Assembly (NCBI RefSeq): GCF_004010195.1
Contig: NC_057753.1
Coordinates: 2,459,285 to 2,519,284 of the forward strand
Direction: 5' to 3'
Origin: Chiloscyllium plagiosum
Taxonomy: Eukaryota
Length of the DNA: 60,000 nt
The notes below the pieces were generated by a model. It was not told the DNA's origin. It did not search any database and saw only the letters and a program-made list of their open reading frames with translations. Positions 12,811 to 27,535 of this stretch are shown here, piece after piece. Every line of letters starts with the position of its first letter. Position 1 is the stretch's first letter. The translations under genes and the position numbers were made by a program.

Positions 12811-14929
12811 AATGTACACACGAGATACATGAGAGCGCTAGTGTAACATCCCATCTTTGCCTTTTGCTTTCACGTGCACATAAAAGGTCAATTAAAATTT
12901 AAGTTCCAACTTCAAGAAAGCTAGACATATTGGTAATGCAATGCATTTTTCACCCATTCAAGAAATAACAATTCACTTGAAAACTGGGCAACATCATTTT
13001 AAAATAAGAATCAAAGGTGCTGCTGGAGGGAAGAAAAAACATTATTTATCAACACAACAGGAAAAATCTGCATCAGATGTCTGTGATACCTAGACGTCTC
13101 TTCTTCACGTTCACATCGCAAATGGCTCCTCATCTAAGAAATTGATTTTCTCAACTCGATTAGTGAATGACCTCAGTGAATTTTCTGGCAGCATTCTTGG
13201 CTGTGTAGTCATACGTGCTTTCGAATAAACACTCATAATGCTTACGATCAGTATATAGTGATATCAAATAATCAACCTCATGATGGTATACAAATTGATA
13301 CCATTCTCCCTATTTTGTCGGTACTGACGCTCCGAGTGGCTGTTATGATGTTGTGACGTTTTCTTACCATTTTTCCCTAAACCTGCATTATTGCATTTAA
13401 ATAATCATCAATTACCCACATTATTCTCTTGATCGATGATCCTTCGTTCAGACTTCCATAGAGTGCATTCCAGAACTCGACTACTTGCTGTGTAATAAAG
13501 CGTACTTTCATCGACATCATTTGCTTTGTTTGCAAGTTCCCCTTAATCTTTGTCCTTCCATTTTCAACCTTTACAAAAGTGGTTAGAGTTCATTCCTATC
13601 TCACTGCCTGTACCCTCCCATGATTTTGTAAACACCTATTATATCTTCTTTCAAACTTGTCCTCTCCAAGAAAATTGTACCAATTTGTCCAATCTCACTT
13701 CACAACTAAATCTCTTCCTCCCTGCAAACATTTCCAAAAATGTCTGCGGAATTCTCTGTAATGCGTTTCCATCCTCATTTCATGACTTCCTCTGTGCGGA
13801 GTACTTCAGCTGAGGGCTATCTACTGTATTGAAAATATCCAACATTATCTCCTTTCACTTGCAATTTGTGGCAAGGTTAATTAACACCAATGTAACTGTA
13901 TAGTAAATGACTAGTAAATATAAGTATCAAGCCATTTTTCACTTCATTGAATCTATGAAGACATTTTTTTAAAAAATCTCCCCTAAGACTGTTGTGTGTT
14001 TGTGATCGCTTCTTACTTCTGTATCTGTTTCTCAGTCATTCAGTGCAATTGCACAGGAAGTAGCAATAGAACCAAAGTGGGCTGCATATTCTTGTCCCTT
14101 TACCTTACTGCAATTAAATTTTCTTTCTGTGGTGACCAGCGGAAGAGTGAAGTGAAAACAGGTGTTCTGGGAGAATTGGTGTTGCTGATGACTAGTGCCC
14201 GATTGCCAACTTGACATCTGCAAGCTGCCCTTTGGATTTGAATAGTTGTTAGTTTGACCATTAGATGAACACCCCTTTTGTTCTCTCTTTTGTGGAAGGA
14301 AGTAGAATAACAGATTAACATTTTATTAATTCATCAATATTTATTTCTTAATTTACAGCAAATTGAGCAAAATAAATTCTCATCCTGTATTTCATTGCAA
14401 TTTTAGGAATTTGTCATACTCAATTTGATAACTACTGCCTCAGCCACCTTTTATTCCTCATCGATAACGCCAGCATTACGGCCAAAAGTATTGTGACTCT
14501 TCATAAAGATAGCTTTTAAAACGTGTGCTATTTAAATCACCAAGACGAAGAGGCGAAAGATGGATACCGGAAAACGCAATTTCAGAGTTTTTGTTGCATC
14601 AAGACCTTCCTACCAATGGACTTGCCCGCGATTTTGGACACAGTTTTTTGTCTTATCTGACGTCAAGTATTTTGAAATGATTACAACTTCAATGTTTTTT
14701 CAATCCTGATTGCTGGTCCTTCACTTGAAACTATTTGAATTGGAAGAGCCTGACTTAAAAGTTAGCATCGACAACTGCAATTAGGCATCATCAATACAAT
14801 CACTCCGAAACAATGATATCAGCAGGTCCAGCAAAGATAATAAATGGAGTCTTGTTCTTTATTGTTGTTCTTGACCCCTCTCCTGAGCATTATCATTTGG
14901 GATTTTGTAGGGATGGAGTAGATGACTGA

Positions 14930-15115
14930 ATGATATTAATCAGCGGACAGTTAATCCTGAGAGCCAGGTCCTGTTCTGGCAACCTGGGTTTAAATAAAAG
15001 TAGATGTTGGAATTTGAAATCAACAAATAAAACAAAATCTGGAATTAAAAGCCGAATGATGGCAGTGAAATGTATTGTGAATTGTAAGAAAAAAACCCGT
15101 CAATTTCACTACTAT
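14930..15115 (+). mobile_element. Degenerate tRNA-derived SINE 5' fragment
   Basis: cctgggtttaaat (eroded B box) then tggaatttgaaatcaa...aatctggaattaaaag; same family as the minus-strand copy at 35265-35540. Confidence 0.5.
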
Positions 15116-15799
15116 CACCGCTGAAAGGACCTCAACTCATCTATTTTCTACTTTATCCATGTTAACGTAATTAACTCAACTTCTGATCATGTAACTTCGT
15201 CATATTACAACGGCGAATCATCTCTTGAAATGCCACATTATCTTCCCGAGACGGGCACCATGACAACACTTGTATTAAAGTAATCGAAGTTTTATTAGTT
15301 TAATGAGATCGTAATCATGATTTAAATGCAATCGCATTGAGTTAGCAACTAAAAAGAAAGTAGGAAAGGAAGAAAACTTCAGAGATAAATGTATGTAAGT
15401 AAATTACCACAAAGTATTTGTCATCGCAAGGTCATTCTATCGTGTCTTTATAACAGTTTTGCCCTTGGATTCTGAAATTCCGATCATAGTGCCAATGATG
15501 TTGTGTTGAGTTGATGCCACTTATGTTGTTAGTGAATAATCATCGTGCAAATTTGGACTTGATTTGCCACTGGCAAAATAGTAATGGGAGAAATTTCATA
15601 AGTGATACATTATTTCAGACCATTGATCTATCGAATGAATTATAATTGAGTTCATTCCAATCATTTATTGAAAGTACATCATGACCAATGCGTATTGAAG
15701 CAATATTATATTTGCTGTTTAAAGGCTGATTGCTTTCTGATTGTCACTGAATGAACAGGATGCTTCTGTTCTCAGCTGATAATAAATTGATGACTCCCA

Positions 15800-18750
15800 G
15801 AACATAGAACAGTACAGCTCAGTACAGGCCCTTCGGACTTCGATATTGTCCCGAAGTTTTAGTCTACTCTAAGATCAGAACATTACTGCTCACCGAGCTC
15901 CACGCTGAGTACATTCCGTCGACTAACACGGTGTGTCTTTTATGCGCCAGCCAATTCTGTATCCAGACAGACCAATTTGTCTGTATCACATGCCTTCTTA
16001 CTTTCTGAATGAGCCTTGCATGGGAAAATATTTCAAATGCCTTGCTAAGATTCATGTTCATCACATGCACTGGTTTAGAACCATAAAATCCCTACGGGGT
16101 GGAAACAGATTCTTCGGCCCTACAAGTCTACACCATTCCTCTGAAGAATAAAAAACCTAGACTTATTCCTCGACCCTCTTATACTACATTAATATCTGAC
16201 TAATGGAACTAACCTACGCACCTCTAAACACTATGGGCAATATAGCGTGGCCAATTAAAGTAACATTCACACCTGTGGATTGTGGGAGGTTATCCATGCA
16301 GCCATGGGGAGACTATGCAAACTTCACACAGTCATCCGAGGATGGAATCGAATCGCGGTACAAGCTGCTGTGAGGCAGCAGTGATTATCACTGAGCCACT
16401 GTACCACCACAATCTACCTTCAGCAACGTGTTTTGACACACTCTCAAAGAATTCAATAAATTTTTGAGGTTTGATCTATCCATCACAAAGCCATGTTGAC
16501 TATCTCTAATCAAATTATAAATTACTAAGTATGCATAAATCCTGTCTCCCAGAATCCTGTCCAATACTTTGTCCACCACTGACGTAAAACTGATTAGCCT
16601 GTAATTTCCAGGGCTATCCCTATTCACTTTCCTGAGCAAGGGGATGACATTTCCTAGCCTCGAATCATCTGGAGATACACAAGTGGACAGTGAGGATGCA
16701 CAGACCATCGCCAAAGTTACAGCAAGCTCTTCCCTCGCTTTCTATAGTAATCTAGTTTATATCCTATCTGACCCATGGAATTTATCTATCCTTCCATTTT
16801 GCAAAATTTTCAGCGCATCCTCCTTCCTAATATCAAGCTGATCCAGTTTAACATTCTCTTTCACGCTATCCTCAGAGACGTAAAGGTGCCCCTTAGTAGT
16901 GAATACTAAAGCAAAATATTCATTAAGGACCTCCGAAATTAACTCTGACTCCAGTCACATGTTTCCTCCATTGTCCCTGATCGGCCCAACACTCATTCTG
17001 CCCGTCATGTTCTTCCTCACGTAAGTGTAGAATGGCTTAGGGTTTTCCTTAATCCTACCGCCTAAAGCTTTTCTTAATGCCCCCCCCCCACCTCTAGCTC
17101 TCCTAAGTACATTCTTCAGTTCCTTCCTGACTACCTTGTCTTCCTCTAAAACCATGTCTGATCCTTGCCTTCCCAACCTTATGAAAGCTTCATTTTATTT
17201 CGCTTAACTAGATGTTCCACATCACTGGTCACGCAAGGTTCTTTCAACCTGCTATCCTTTCCTTACCTTAGTGGGGCAAACGTGTCCAGCACTATCAGCA
17301 TGTCTTTCCTCCAAAACTCCGACATTCCTGTCGTGCATTTCCCTGAGAAAATCTGTTCCCAATTTGGGCGCCCGTATTTCTGCCTAATAGCACTGTAATT
17401 TCCCCTCCCCTAGTTAAATCTGGCCCATACCTTCTGCTCTCACCCTTTTCCATAAGTTTAGTAAAGGTCAGGGAGTTATCATCACTCTCACCAAACGTCT
17501 CTCCCACTGAGAGATCTGACAGAGGGCACGGTTCATTGCCAAGCACCAAAGCCAATATGTCCTCCTCTCTAGTTGGCCAGTCTGCATATTGCTTCAGGAG
17601 CACTACCTGGGCACAAATGACATAAGCTGCTATATCCAAACTGTTTGAACTAAATAGGTTCCAATCCACATTAGGAAATTAAAGTCAGGATAACAAGTAT
17701 GTTACACCTGCATCTTTTCAAAATCTGTCTCTCAATCTGCTCCTCCATGTCTCTGTTGCTATTGGTGCAGCAGTGGAGTGGGGTGGTGGTGGTGGGGGAG
17801 GTGCTGTTGAAAACTCACAATAAACTGACTGCTCTTTTCCTCTTTCTGACCTTCTGACCTCCACCCAAATAGACTCTATAGACAAACCTTCCTAGATGAT
17901 CTCCCTTCATGCAGCTGTGACACTATCCCTGATTAGCAATACCACACCTCCACCTCATTTACCTCCGACTCCTTTTCCTTTTGAAACATCTGAGCCCTGG
18001 AACATCCAACAATCATTTCCGGCCCTGTGATATCCAAGTCTCCGTCATGGCCAGAAAATTATTGTTCCATATATTGATCCATGCTCTGAGTTCGCCACCC
18101 TTATTCCTGATACATCTTGCATTAAAGTTGACACCCTTCACCCAATCTCACTGTCTTCTCCTTTGCCCTATTAAGATACTACTCCTCCTCACAGACTCTT
18201 TGAACGTTGTATCTGGCTGTTCACTACCTACTCCATCATCTGATCCGTCGCTCAGTTTGCCACACCCCTAACAATCCAAATTAAACCATCCCAAAGAGAT
18301 CTCGCAAACTCCTCGCCCAGGATATTGATGCGCTTCCAGTTCAAGTGCCACCCGCCCCTCTTGTACACAGACCAGCTTTCCCAGAAGAAATCTCAATAAT
18401 CCACACATCTGAAGCCCTTCCAACCCTGTAGCCATATGTTTATCTGCACTGGCTCTCTGTTCTGAGCCTCAGTCGTGTCTGGCATCAGTAGCAATCCTGA
18501 GATTACCTTTCTGCTCGCCCTGACTTCGAAGTTCCAACCTAACTCCTTTCACTGTCTTTTCAGTTCCTGCCCACGTTCGTAACTATGTCATTGGTACCGA
18601 AGTGTACGACAAAGTCTGGCTGGTCTCCCTCCCCCTTAAGAATGCTGTACCCTTGATCTGAACCATTCCTGATCCTTGCACCCAGGAGGCAACATGTCAT
18701 CCAGGAGTCTCGCTTGCGACCACAGAATCTCCTGTCTGTTCCTGACTGTG
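15800..18750 (-). mobile_element. Internally deleted CR1 LINE (ORF1 esterase, endonuclease, RT start, 3' tail)
   Basis: 'NVIPLLRKVNRDSPGNYRLISFTSVVDKVL...LIRDSQHGF' (16388..16714), 'NLSKAFEIFSHARLIQKV' (15864..16070), 'PTREEDILALVLGNEP' (17295..17669); tail agaacatagaacag at 15800; absent from the equivalent site in unit 3 (~40880-40930). Confidence 0.9.
16075..16410 (-). mobile_element. HE1-type (V-SINE) SINE nested in the CR1 RT region
   Basis: ctatgggcaatatagcgtggccaatt...tgtgggagg...tgcaaacttcacacagtc...ctgtgaggcagcagtg...actgagccac, homologous to 53627-53938. Confidence 0.85.
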
Positions 18751-21038
18751 GTATTTTTTTTTGTTACTTTCACAAGTAATTGCCTCAGGTAGACTGTGTC
18801 TTTGCTGCTTCACCACAAGGATGAAACCACATAAACAGGTCATCGCTCACATTGTTTATAACACTTACATGTTCCAGGTAGAATCAGGACAAAAGAGGCC
18901 TGTGTCATCGATACTCGTCAGAAAAGCTCAATAATTATTTTGTGTGTGCCTTCACAGATTAAAAATTTGATGCAAAAAACCTCAGTATAAGTGGTTCAAT
19001 AAAATAGGAACGCTGAAGAAATGAAAAGTAGAATGAGTAGTAGTGAGGAATTTGTGTTGAAGAAAATGGAATTGCAGGATGACAAATGCTTGAAACACAA
19101 TATTCTGCATTCTATCCTAATTAATCTAAAGGAAGAATGGAGCTATGGAGGTATATAGTATACTGGTGATGATCTTCTAAAATTCTGTAGATTCTGAAGT
19201 GGTCTTTGAAGTTTGCGAAATCCAGAATGCCATCCTATTATGTAAGGACATAAGCAGAAGGAAAGTGGGAGTAACAGATCCGTTCGCCTTGCATCACCCA
19301 TTTGGAGAATGTTTGTTTCTGCTGATTACGGTGATGTTGTTGTCATCTGATGTGTTGATCTCAACCTTGCAGAGGTTGAATGTCTACGATCAGAATTTTC
19401 CTTCTCTCTGCCATGAGGCATTACTGTGCAATGAGAATTTGTCAGTAATCTATGAATATACTGTATGTTTGTGTATATGTATGCATGTATATGTGTATAC
19501 ATGCATTTATGTGCGTCACTATCTGTTTAGACATTTTTCTTTATTCATTCCTGTGATATGGGAGGTGCTAGATGAGTCAGCATTTAATGACCACCATTTG
19601 TCATCCTTGCGAAAGTGGTAATGGTGAGTTGCCTTTTGTACATTTACCGTGATGGTGCCTCATTTTATGTATGTCTACTGTTTTTACTGTCATCCGGTTG
19701 TCCACTGTTTGTTGAACATCCCCTGTCTTGATGGCTTTAATAGAGATGGAGATATATGTCGATCAATGAGATTTAAGTTTGCATTGCAGTACAATTCTGC
19801 TTGTGTTGAGGTCGCAGAACGCATCAGTCTTGAGTTGCTAAATCTATTCAAACTCTGTCCCATTGAGCATGGCAATAGTGCCAGAAGTGAAGATAAACAG
19901 TATTCTCAGCGTGAAGGCATGAGACTTTCGCCACCAGGACTGCGTGGTAGTTATTCTTAGTGAATCCTCCATGGACAGATGCATCTGTCGCTGGAAGATT
20001 GGTGAGGCTGAGTAGAAGTAAATATTTCTCTCTTGTCTCCGTCGCCATTGGCCTGGACAAGCAGCTAACCTGGCACTACTGCTTCTAGCGGTTGTGATCG
20101 ATTTTCCCCAGACTACATTCCGTGCCCTTTCCAACCTTAAAGGTTACTCCAAGAATTGTTTAACACACATGAGCATTGATTCATGCGTTTGTCAAATTGG
20201 GACCTCAATGTATGGAACTGTCCTTTCCAATGTAGATTATCCCACTGTCTTGGGCTTACACGTTTCAAGTCGACATTTATTTTAGCGTGATGGATATGAT
20301 CTGCTTTGGTTGATATTCCAATCAGTCTGGATCATATCACACGGATCAACATAAATCTGAAATTGAACAGGCAGGATGTGACCATTCTGAAAAGGAAAAT
20401 CTATAGTGAATGTTAAAATGTACAGGATAATTTAGTATTCAATGTATTCGTTCAAAATTTATCATAACCATATAAACATTCATTGAGCTTCACTACTTCA
20501 CAGGAAACTGGAAATGCCAACAATGAATATTGTGACAAAGAACTGATGAACTGCACATTGAATATAATCATAACTTAACGCTGCCTGTCTACATTAAAAT
20601 CGCATGCTTTATTAAAGTGGTTTTGCAGTTGCAGGTACACTGAGCGCCATAACTCATTTTATTTTTGTGATCACATGATCAGAGCAATGATCAAGGGCCA
20701 GATCAGGGCACCATTTTTTGAAGGAATCAGACAGTCGTGACTGAGCTTCTCAGTGAAAAGCATTGTTTTAAGCTTTGGTCAATAACTAGGGAATTCCGGT
20801 TCTGAAGAAGAAAGGCAACTGGGATCATAGAATTGTCTGTTGATAACTAGCACCACAATCTTGTTAGATCCCAGCAGGTACTATGGATAAGTCTATTTCA
20901 TTAAGTCATAAAAAACAGTAGAGAAAAATCTACACAACCCTGTTTGTTCCAGCAAATATAAATAAAGTAGACTACCAAGCCAGTAACAATTTATCTTCAG
21001 CCCAGTAGTGCAAAATGGGCAAAGGACTTCTGGCAGAA

Positions 21039-21108
21039 ACACATGCAATACACAAAGCTATGGTGTTTGCCATTTACTATCTGGTACCTGCAAGCATTGG
21101 AATTCCAG
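21039..21108 (+). pseudogene. Orphan GPR139-like exon-1 cassette, unit 2
   Basis: 70 nt reading THAIHKAMVFAIYYLVPASIGIP+G; canonical ATG replaced by ACA (an in-frame ATG lies at 21015); donor reads AT instead of GT; positional homolog of 44215. Confidence 0.7.
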
Positions 21109-21785
21109 ATACAATATTGCAGTTAGTTCATAACTAAGTGAATGTTTCATCTAACGAGGCAATGAGCAAATTTTAACAGAAAAACTTCTCCACGTTCCAG
21201 ACATAATTTCGTCAATTTACTTTTCCCCTTTCTTGCAACAGTACGTTCAGTATAACCCTGTTTTTCTTCTGTTTTGCACTGCTAGCCTGTTCTGATTTTC
21301 ATTCAGTAGTATAAAAAAAACTAAAATATTATTAAAATTCAATTTATTATATTTACTGACGTAGTTCTGCAGTATCATCTAATGGTTCTCACATTCAGAA
21401 TTATTACTTTTCCAATATGCTAGTTTCTTCATATTCTTTGCAGGTTAGTCATATTTTAAATTGAATAATCCTTCCTTGAAAGTTAACATTTTGATATTTA
21501 ATTTACAACATTTCATAATGTGACCACGGTTGTGCCTTGCTATTATTCTTGATATGAATTGCACTTGCCTCTATCCCCTTAGCAGATAATTTTACAAAGG
21601 AATGAGACACTGCCAGCACCAGAAATGCAGGCTTGCAGTCATGAAATTGAGTATCAATCTAACTTTGTCACTGTATTCACATTTCCGTCATCTACACAAA
21701 GTCTGCTTGATCAATTCGGCTTAGTGTGCTGAATTATTGGCGAGTTCCGTTTGTTTTTATTAAGTTAAATCAAATGAATTGGAGG

Positions 21786-22985
21786 CATAGAGTCATACAG
21801 CATGGAAACATATCCTACGGTGCAACCAGTCCATAATGACCATAATCCCAAACTAAAATACTCGAATCTGCCTGCATTGGTCAATTTCCTTGTCAGCATT
21901 CAAGTACTTATCACAATGTCTTTTCAACGTTGCAACTGTACTTGCATTCACCACTTCCTCTGGAAGTTCACACCACACAGAATCAACCTCTGTATAAAAA
22001 AAGTTGCTTCTCATGTCTTCTTTACATATTTCGCCTCTCATTGTATAAATATGCTCCCTAGTCTTGAAAGCCCCTACCCGAGGTAAAAAAACAACACACG
22101 CAGTTCATCTTATCTGTACACTCCATTATCTTTTATAATCGGAGACCACATCTCAACGTCCAACACGCCACTGAACATGTCCTGGACTATCCAGCCCCTC
22201 TAGATAAGTTAATCCCTCTAATTCCAGCAACATCTTGGTACATCTCTTCAGAATCCTCTCCAGTTTAATAATATCCTTCTTAATACCTGGTGTACAGAAC
22301 TGGCCGCAGTGCTCCATGAAAAGGCCTCACTAACGTTCTGTCCACCCTGAACAAAACGTCCTCATTCAAATATTCAAAGGTCTGAGTAATCAAGGTAAGC
22401 ATGTTAAATGCCTTCTTATCCACCGTGTCGAAATGTGATGCAAACTTCAAAGAGTTATGTATCTAAACTCTTCCGTGTCTCTCTTCTGCCAGGGTCATCC
22501 CTTTAATGCTACAGGTCTTGTCTTTGCTTGTTTTACATGATGTAATACATCGTACTTTTTCAAATACAGTCCATCTGCCACTCTTCGGATCAATCACCCA
22601 CTTGGTCAAGATGTTTTGTAATCTTACATAAACTTCACTTCGAACTGGACCACCAATCTTGTTGACATCCATAAACTTAACCAGCCTGCTTTCTATATTC
22701 TCATTAAGATCTTTTATGGAAATGACGAACTAAAGTGGATCCAGCATTAATCCCTCTGGAACACCGCTGGTCACAGGGCGCTAGTTCGAAAAACAATCTT
22801 CCAACAACATTCAATGTCACTGCTGTTAAGTAAATTTTGAACCAATTGGCAAGCGCACCCTGAAACCCATGGGGTCCACCTTAACTAATTATTGGAGAAT
22901 GTGGAACCATCTGAGAGGCTTTACTGAAATCCAAGTAAACAAAGTCTATTGCATTGTCGTCGTCAATTTTCTTGGTTATTTCCTC
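21786..22985 (-). mobile_element. CR1 LINE 3' ~1.2 kb
   Basis: Tail catagagtcatacagcatggaaaca; 'KEDMRSNFFYTEVDSVWCELPEEVVNAS..TLKRHCDKYL'; RT remnants to ~22980. Confidence 0.85.
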
Positions 22986-24379
22986 GCATACTGAAAATTT
23001 ACTGCCATCTGAGTTTGTATTTCTGGATTGTTTGTTTTATTATTTCTGACAATCCTTCGTCCACAAAACATCCAGCAGGTATTAAACATGCAGATGTATC
23101 TCCTCAAGTTACTTGGTAGATTCTCAGAAACTTTCTAAGTTTCCCTTATTTTCCTTTCTCTAGATATGGGATGACACTATCTAATTGCCTCAGCATTTCT
23201 GTTAGCTAGTCGAAAGTGAATGTTCTAACTTGTAGAAAATTAAATCTGAGAACTGTCCAGCTCCTTCCATCTCACTGTCATCATATCTAATATTTTTCTC
23301 GCATCTTAACATCCGACAGATTTGGTTTTCCTTTTACTCTATCTTACGAAAATAAACCTTTTCTGCACGTGTGTGTGACATCACTAATTCTTTTTCCGAT
23401 AATCTGACGTACTTATTATATAATTTACTTCACTAACTGCTCAACCAACTGCACATAGATCATTTAAATTCTTTTCCATGTATATAGCTATTAATGACAA
23501 CAGTGTCAACCCTTCATCTGAAACTAGTCGTTGAGTGGTTATTTGCACATTTTTTTTGTCAATGAGAACGTTGAATGTTCGGCTGCTATTCTGTATACTA
23601 ATAACAGTCTTCTCAGAAGCATTGACATGTAATCTAACATTGAGACTTCATTTTGGTCATTCAATAAGCTTTTTCTTTAGAAAATTACAAGGCCCACGAA
23701 TCTCATGATTAAAAATCTATTTGAATGCGCAACATGGAATAGATTCATTTGGAGACTCTCAGGTACAAATTTAAAAAAAAATAATTCCTCTACTGGTCCT
23801 TGGTATTCATGACATTTGGCCTTATTTGTGGCTTTGGCGGTCTGATGGTCCCACTTTGAAGTCCTATGTTTCTGAATGATCGTCCGTGATTTCAAAGATT
23901 TTATGCACAAAATGTCTTCAACGAACGAAGGACGAAGAACATTACCGCACAGGAATAGGTCCTCCAAGCCTGTGCCGATCCAGATCCTCAATTCTAAACC
24001 TTTCCCCGATTTTCCAAGATCGCTATCCTGCTGCTGCCTGCACATTCATGTATCTGTCGAAATATATCTTAAATGACACTGTCGTGCCCGACTGGAATAT
24101 TATTTCCTGGAATAATATGTCCCAGATCTAATCAAATCTCCTTAGTAGTCTACATGAGTTTAAAAAAAAACAGTACTAATGTTTCTTATGCTGTGCTATT
24201 TGTAATAATCTTTGACGGAATATCTTCTGGCAATTGAGTTAGCATGTCCATAATGGTAAGGCAATAGTGATGTCCTGCTTTTGTTTCTGACACTCACCTG
24301 AAACAACCTACTAACACTCAATCGAATTGTTAATCAAAAACTACAATGGGTACACCAGGGTGAATCATGCATGTAATAA

Positions 24380-24625
24380 AAATATACGAAGCTTTTTCTC
24401 CACATATGCTGTACAAGAAAAGGCAAGCTCCTGTTACACAGCTGTAATTTTGTATTCAGGGCAATATCGTAATTTTACATCGGACAACAAATGGCCACAA
24501 TGCAATCAAAGTGAAATCAATTGTTAAATCAGCAAAGTTGTCAAATCTGTCATCGATTATAGCAGAGAAAATACGACATCAGACAGGAAAGTCGACAGAA
24601 AGTAAATCACAGCAATACAACTGTT
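24380..24625 (-). pseudogene. Antisense remnant of GPR139-like exon 2, unit 2
   Basis: Reverse complement ttaacaattgatttcactttgattgcattgtggccatttgttgtcc...cgatattgccctgaa matches ttaacagtcacttttacctttgaccgatttgtggccatttcatgcc...cgatattgcactgag. Confidence 0.65.
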
Positions 24626-25619
24626 GCACTTCCTGAATCTCGGGAGTTTGAAACTTCAAAGATTGATAAGTCTCTCTTTAAACCAAAAACCTGAATTGAA
24701 ATCTGAAAGAGCTGAAAAACACAGCCAGAAACTTTGGCAGCATGTATAGACTGAGTAGCAAGTTAATGTTTCGAGTGCGATTATGTTCTTCGATTTTTGT
24801 AAACGGTTTTCATGCCAGGTAGCTTTTTTGTTAGGAACTAACTGAAATAAAGAGGAATCGTGTCTTATTCAGGCTATTGGCCATAGTGAGGGAGTGCCCT
24901 TTCCAAGTGTGCATATGAATACAGCTTTGCTGTAGTCTAGTTATCTGAGACATCAGCTGGTGGAATGATTCTGTTGACATATGCAATTGAGGTAGGTTAA
25001 TGAAGACGTGGGTGCATAATATAACCTCGCTAAGTACAAACAGTGCCATTAAATTCACACACACAACTAGAAAAAAAGTCAGCAATAAGTGTGAGTGTGC
25101 AGTACTTAACGTGATAATACTGCAGATAACACTGAGTACTGCAACTATTCACATCATAGTTCACAGAACCCACGTGAACTAATATGCAAATACACATGCT
25201 CTGTTGTAAACAGAATATAACTCAACTACGTCTGTCTACAGTATATCGACAGTCCAACATAATAAAATTGATGTACTGTCTCAGACAGATTTAGCATTGT
25301 ACCTGACCAGTCATTGCACCAGTAAGATATTTATCAACAGTGAGATTGCACTTACTTGTTTTTTTTTCTGAAAACAATTATATTTTTGATCGTATTTTGT
25401 CATGAAACACAATGTTTTGTCTCGGCATTCATAGTCTGCTCCTGATATATTTGAGAAGACATACAATTTGGTTAATATGTAATTTTTTGGTTTTTCACTT
25501 TATTATTTTGTCAAACCTCATGAAAGGAAAAAAGGACCCTTTCTTTTCCACCGAACAAAATCGAGCAGGCACCAGATGTGCTAATCTTATTGTTCAAAGA
25601 ATTTTAAAATCGCAAGCAG

Positions 25620-25654
25620 CTAATTAGTCCCCTGGTATCTCGAATTAGCTATAA
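25620..25654 (+). promoter_or_regulatory. Candidate proximal promoter: homeodomain site CTAATTAG, O/E-like TCCCCTGGTA, TATAA
   Basis: Motifs lie 50-90 nt upstream of the ATG at 25706; TATAA is also present at the same place in units 1 and 3. Short motifs, no expression data. Confidence 0.3.
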
Positions 25655-25705
25655 GTACCGTTAATCTTCTGTGAATTACGGAATGCACTAAGAGCTTCAG
25701 CAGAA

Positions 25706-25775
25706 ATGCACGGAATACCAAAGGCTCTGCTGTTTTCCATTTACTATCCCATTCTTGCAATTATCGGGATTCCTG
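25706..25775 (+). CDS. GPR139/GPR142-like class A GPCR, coding exon 1 (MHGIPKALLFSIYYPILAIIGIP)
   Basis: ATG at 25706, 70 nt open, ends CCT G|GTTAAGT (phase-1 donor); joins in frame to exon 2 to rebuild the TM1 'GIPAN' motif. Confidence 0.85.
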
Positions 25776-27535
25776 GTTAAGTATTGGATTGATTTACTAA
25801 TTCTGTTAATCATCGTGAACTGCATCATTTGTACCATTTTAAAAGTGCATCCTCTTTTATCTCTTATGATTTGCATTATCTTTCTGTACAGTAGATTGTC
25901 TTAGCTGCAACTCTTCTAAACTATCCTCCAATTCAAAATCATTTCCGACCTTAACAGCTATTAATTTATCATTTCGATGAAACCATCGACAAATGGCGAC
26001 ATAATTTCTCATTGCCAGTGGTATAATTTTCATCTTGATTGTTACTGCGTGACCATTTTATCAGTATATTATTTCACCCCGTTCAGTTATACTCATTTGT
26101 GACAGCACCATGCCATTGTATTATTTATATTTTCTTCATTGACCCAAATCCTCATGTATATACGTTTCAATTTTTATTCTCACTGTCTTTGTATGAAGCT
26201 TTCCTCTCATTGTCACAACGCAAAGATATTCCGATTTTTAATTGTCAATGTTATTCTGGTCAGGTAATGTAAAGGTATTATAGCGTAAAAGTTTGATTAC
26301 TGAGACATTGGCACTGTTGTTGGTGGCGAATCTTTTATTCACTATCATAGTGTAACTAGAGTCCCACTACATTATTGATGATGGTACTGTATGGGATGTC
26401 TCTTACTGTTATCACTTTAATAATATCACTTTCTTGCGTGACTGACACAATCCATGTCGGCAATGAAAAAAGTCTTCTCAGCGTGTGATGTTGTTGTATT
26501 GTTAGTGTCTTGTATGGAAAGTTCCAGAACGTCATCATAGTGTTGATGAGGAATTATTGCGCTATTCACATTTTGAACTCGTGATGTTATGAAGGATAAT
26601 AACTTGGAACTATGGTTGAAAGTTTGGAGCATTCTTTGCTCAATTTGATGTATCAGTCTACTATACAGGATATTAAGCACAGCCATGGTTTCCCATACAA
26701 ACACCAAGAAGCTCTTGTCATGTGACTATTAAATTGAAACTATCCAGAAATGACAGACCACGATGCGTTTTTCTCAGCCTGTAAAAGTCAATGCTTGAAC
26801 CCAAATCTGCACTTTCTGATGAGCCTCTGCTGATGATGCCGAACTGATAGCATATGTGACAATGTGTTATATTCTTTCCAGCACTATTTTATCCAATGTG
26901 AGTGACAAAACATGATTGGGAGCATTTCTTAAATGTAAGACGTAATTTATTTTTATTTCAAGTATCAACCATTGCATAAGGTTATTCAATTATGATATGG
27001 ATTGCAGGCTAGCACTAATGAAGTGATTTCATGCCTGAACTCAGTCGAAGGGTCTTTCTCAGAATCAGAACTCTTCCTCTACTAGTTCCAATGCTGTAAA
27101 AGAACATACATTTTGCTGTAAACTTAAGAGGTCTGAATTATCAATGCTCCGACCAGCGTCCAACTCAGGTTATCCCCGCAGTGTAGACTGAAATTTTGGC
27201 TGCGTGCTCACCTTCCTCGCTTTCAGAATAATTGTAAGCAAGTCGGCCTATAAGTTCACCAACAGTGATTAGTTGTGCAATGAATCACATTGAATCACAG
27301 TGAGATATGAGATTTTTACATTTTAGTTTCTCAGCCTATGATTAAGCACCTTCATATTTCCAGTAATTCTTTCTCAATTAGACTTTAATTGTTTATTCAA
27401 TACGACTGCAATGCTATTTTGCGTTTTGAAATCCACAGCGTTTCTGCTTTGATCTCATTAGAATCTTTCTCTCTTCATGTCTTTCTCTCTTATGAAAAAC
27501 GATCTCACTCTCTCTCTCCTCCTCTTTTATTGCAG

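Noticed and set aside
15585..15700. Possible unit-2 counterpart of the exon-1 cassette at 40656
   Set aside because: Position fits (just before the block shared with 40810-40880) but the sequence is too degraded to align confidently.
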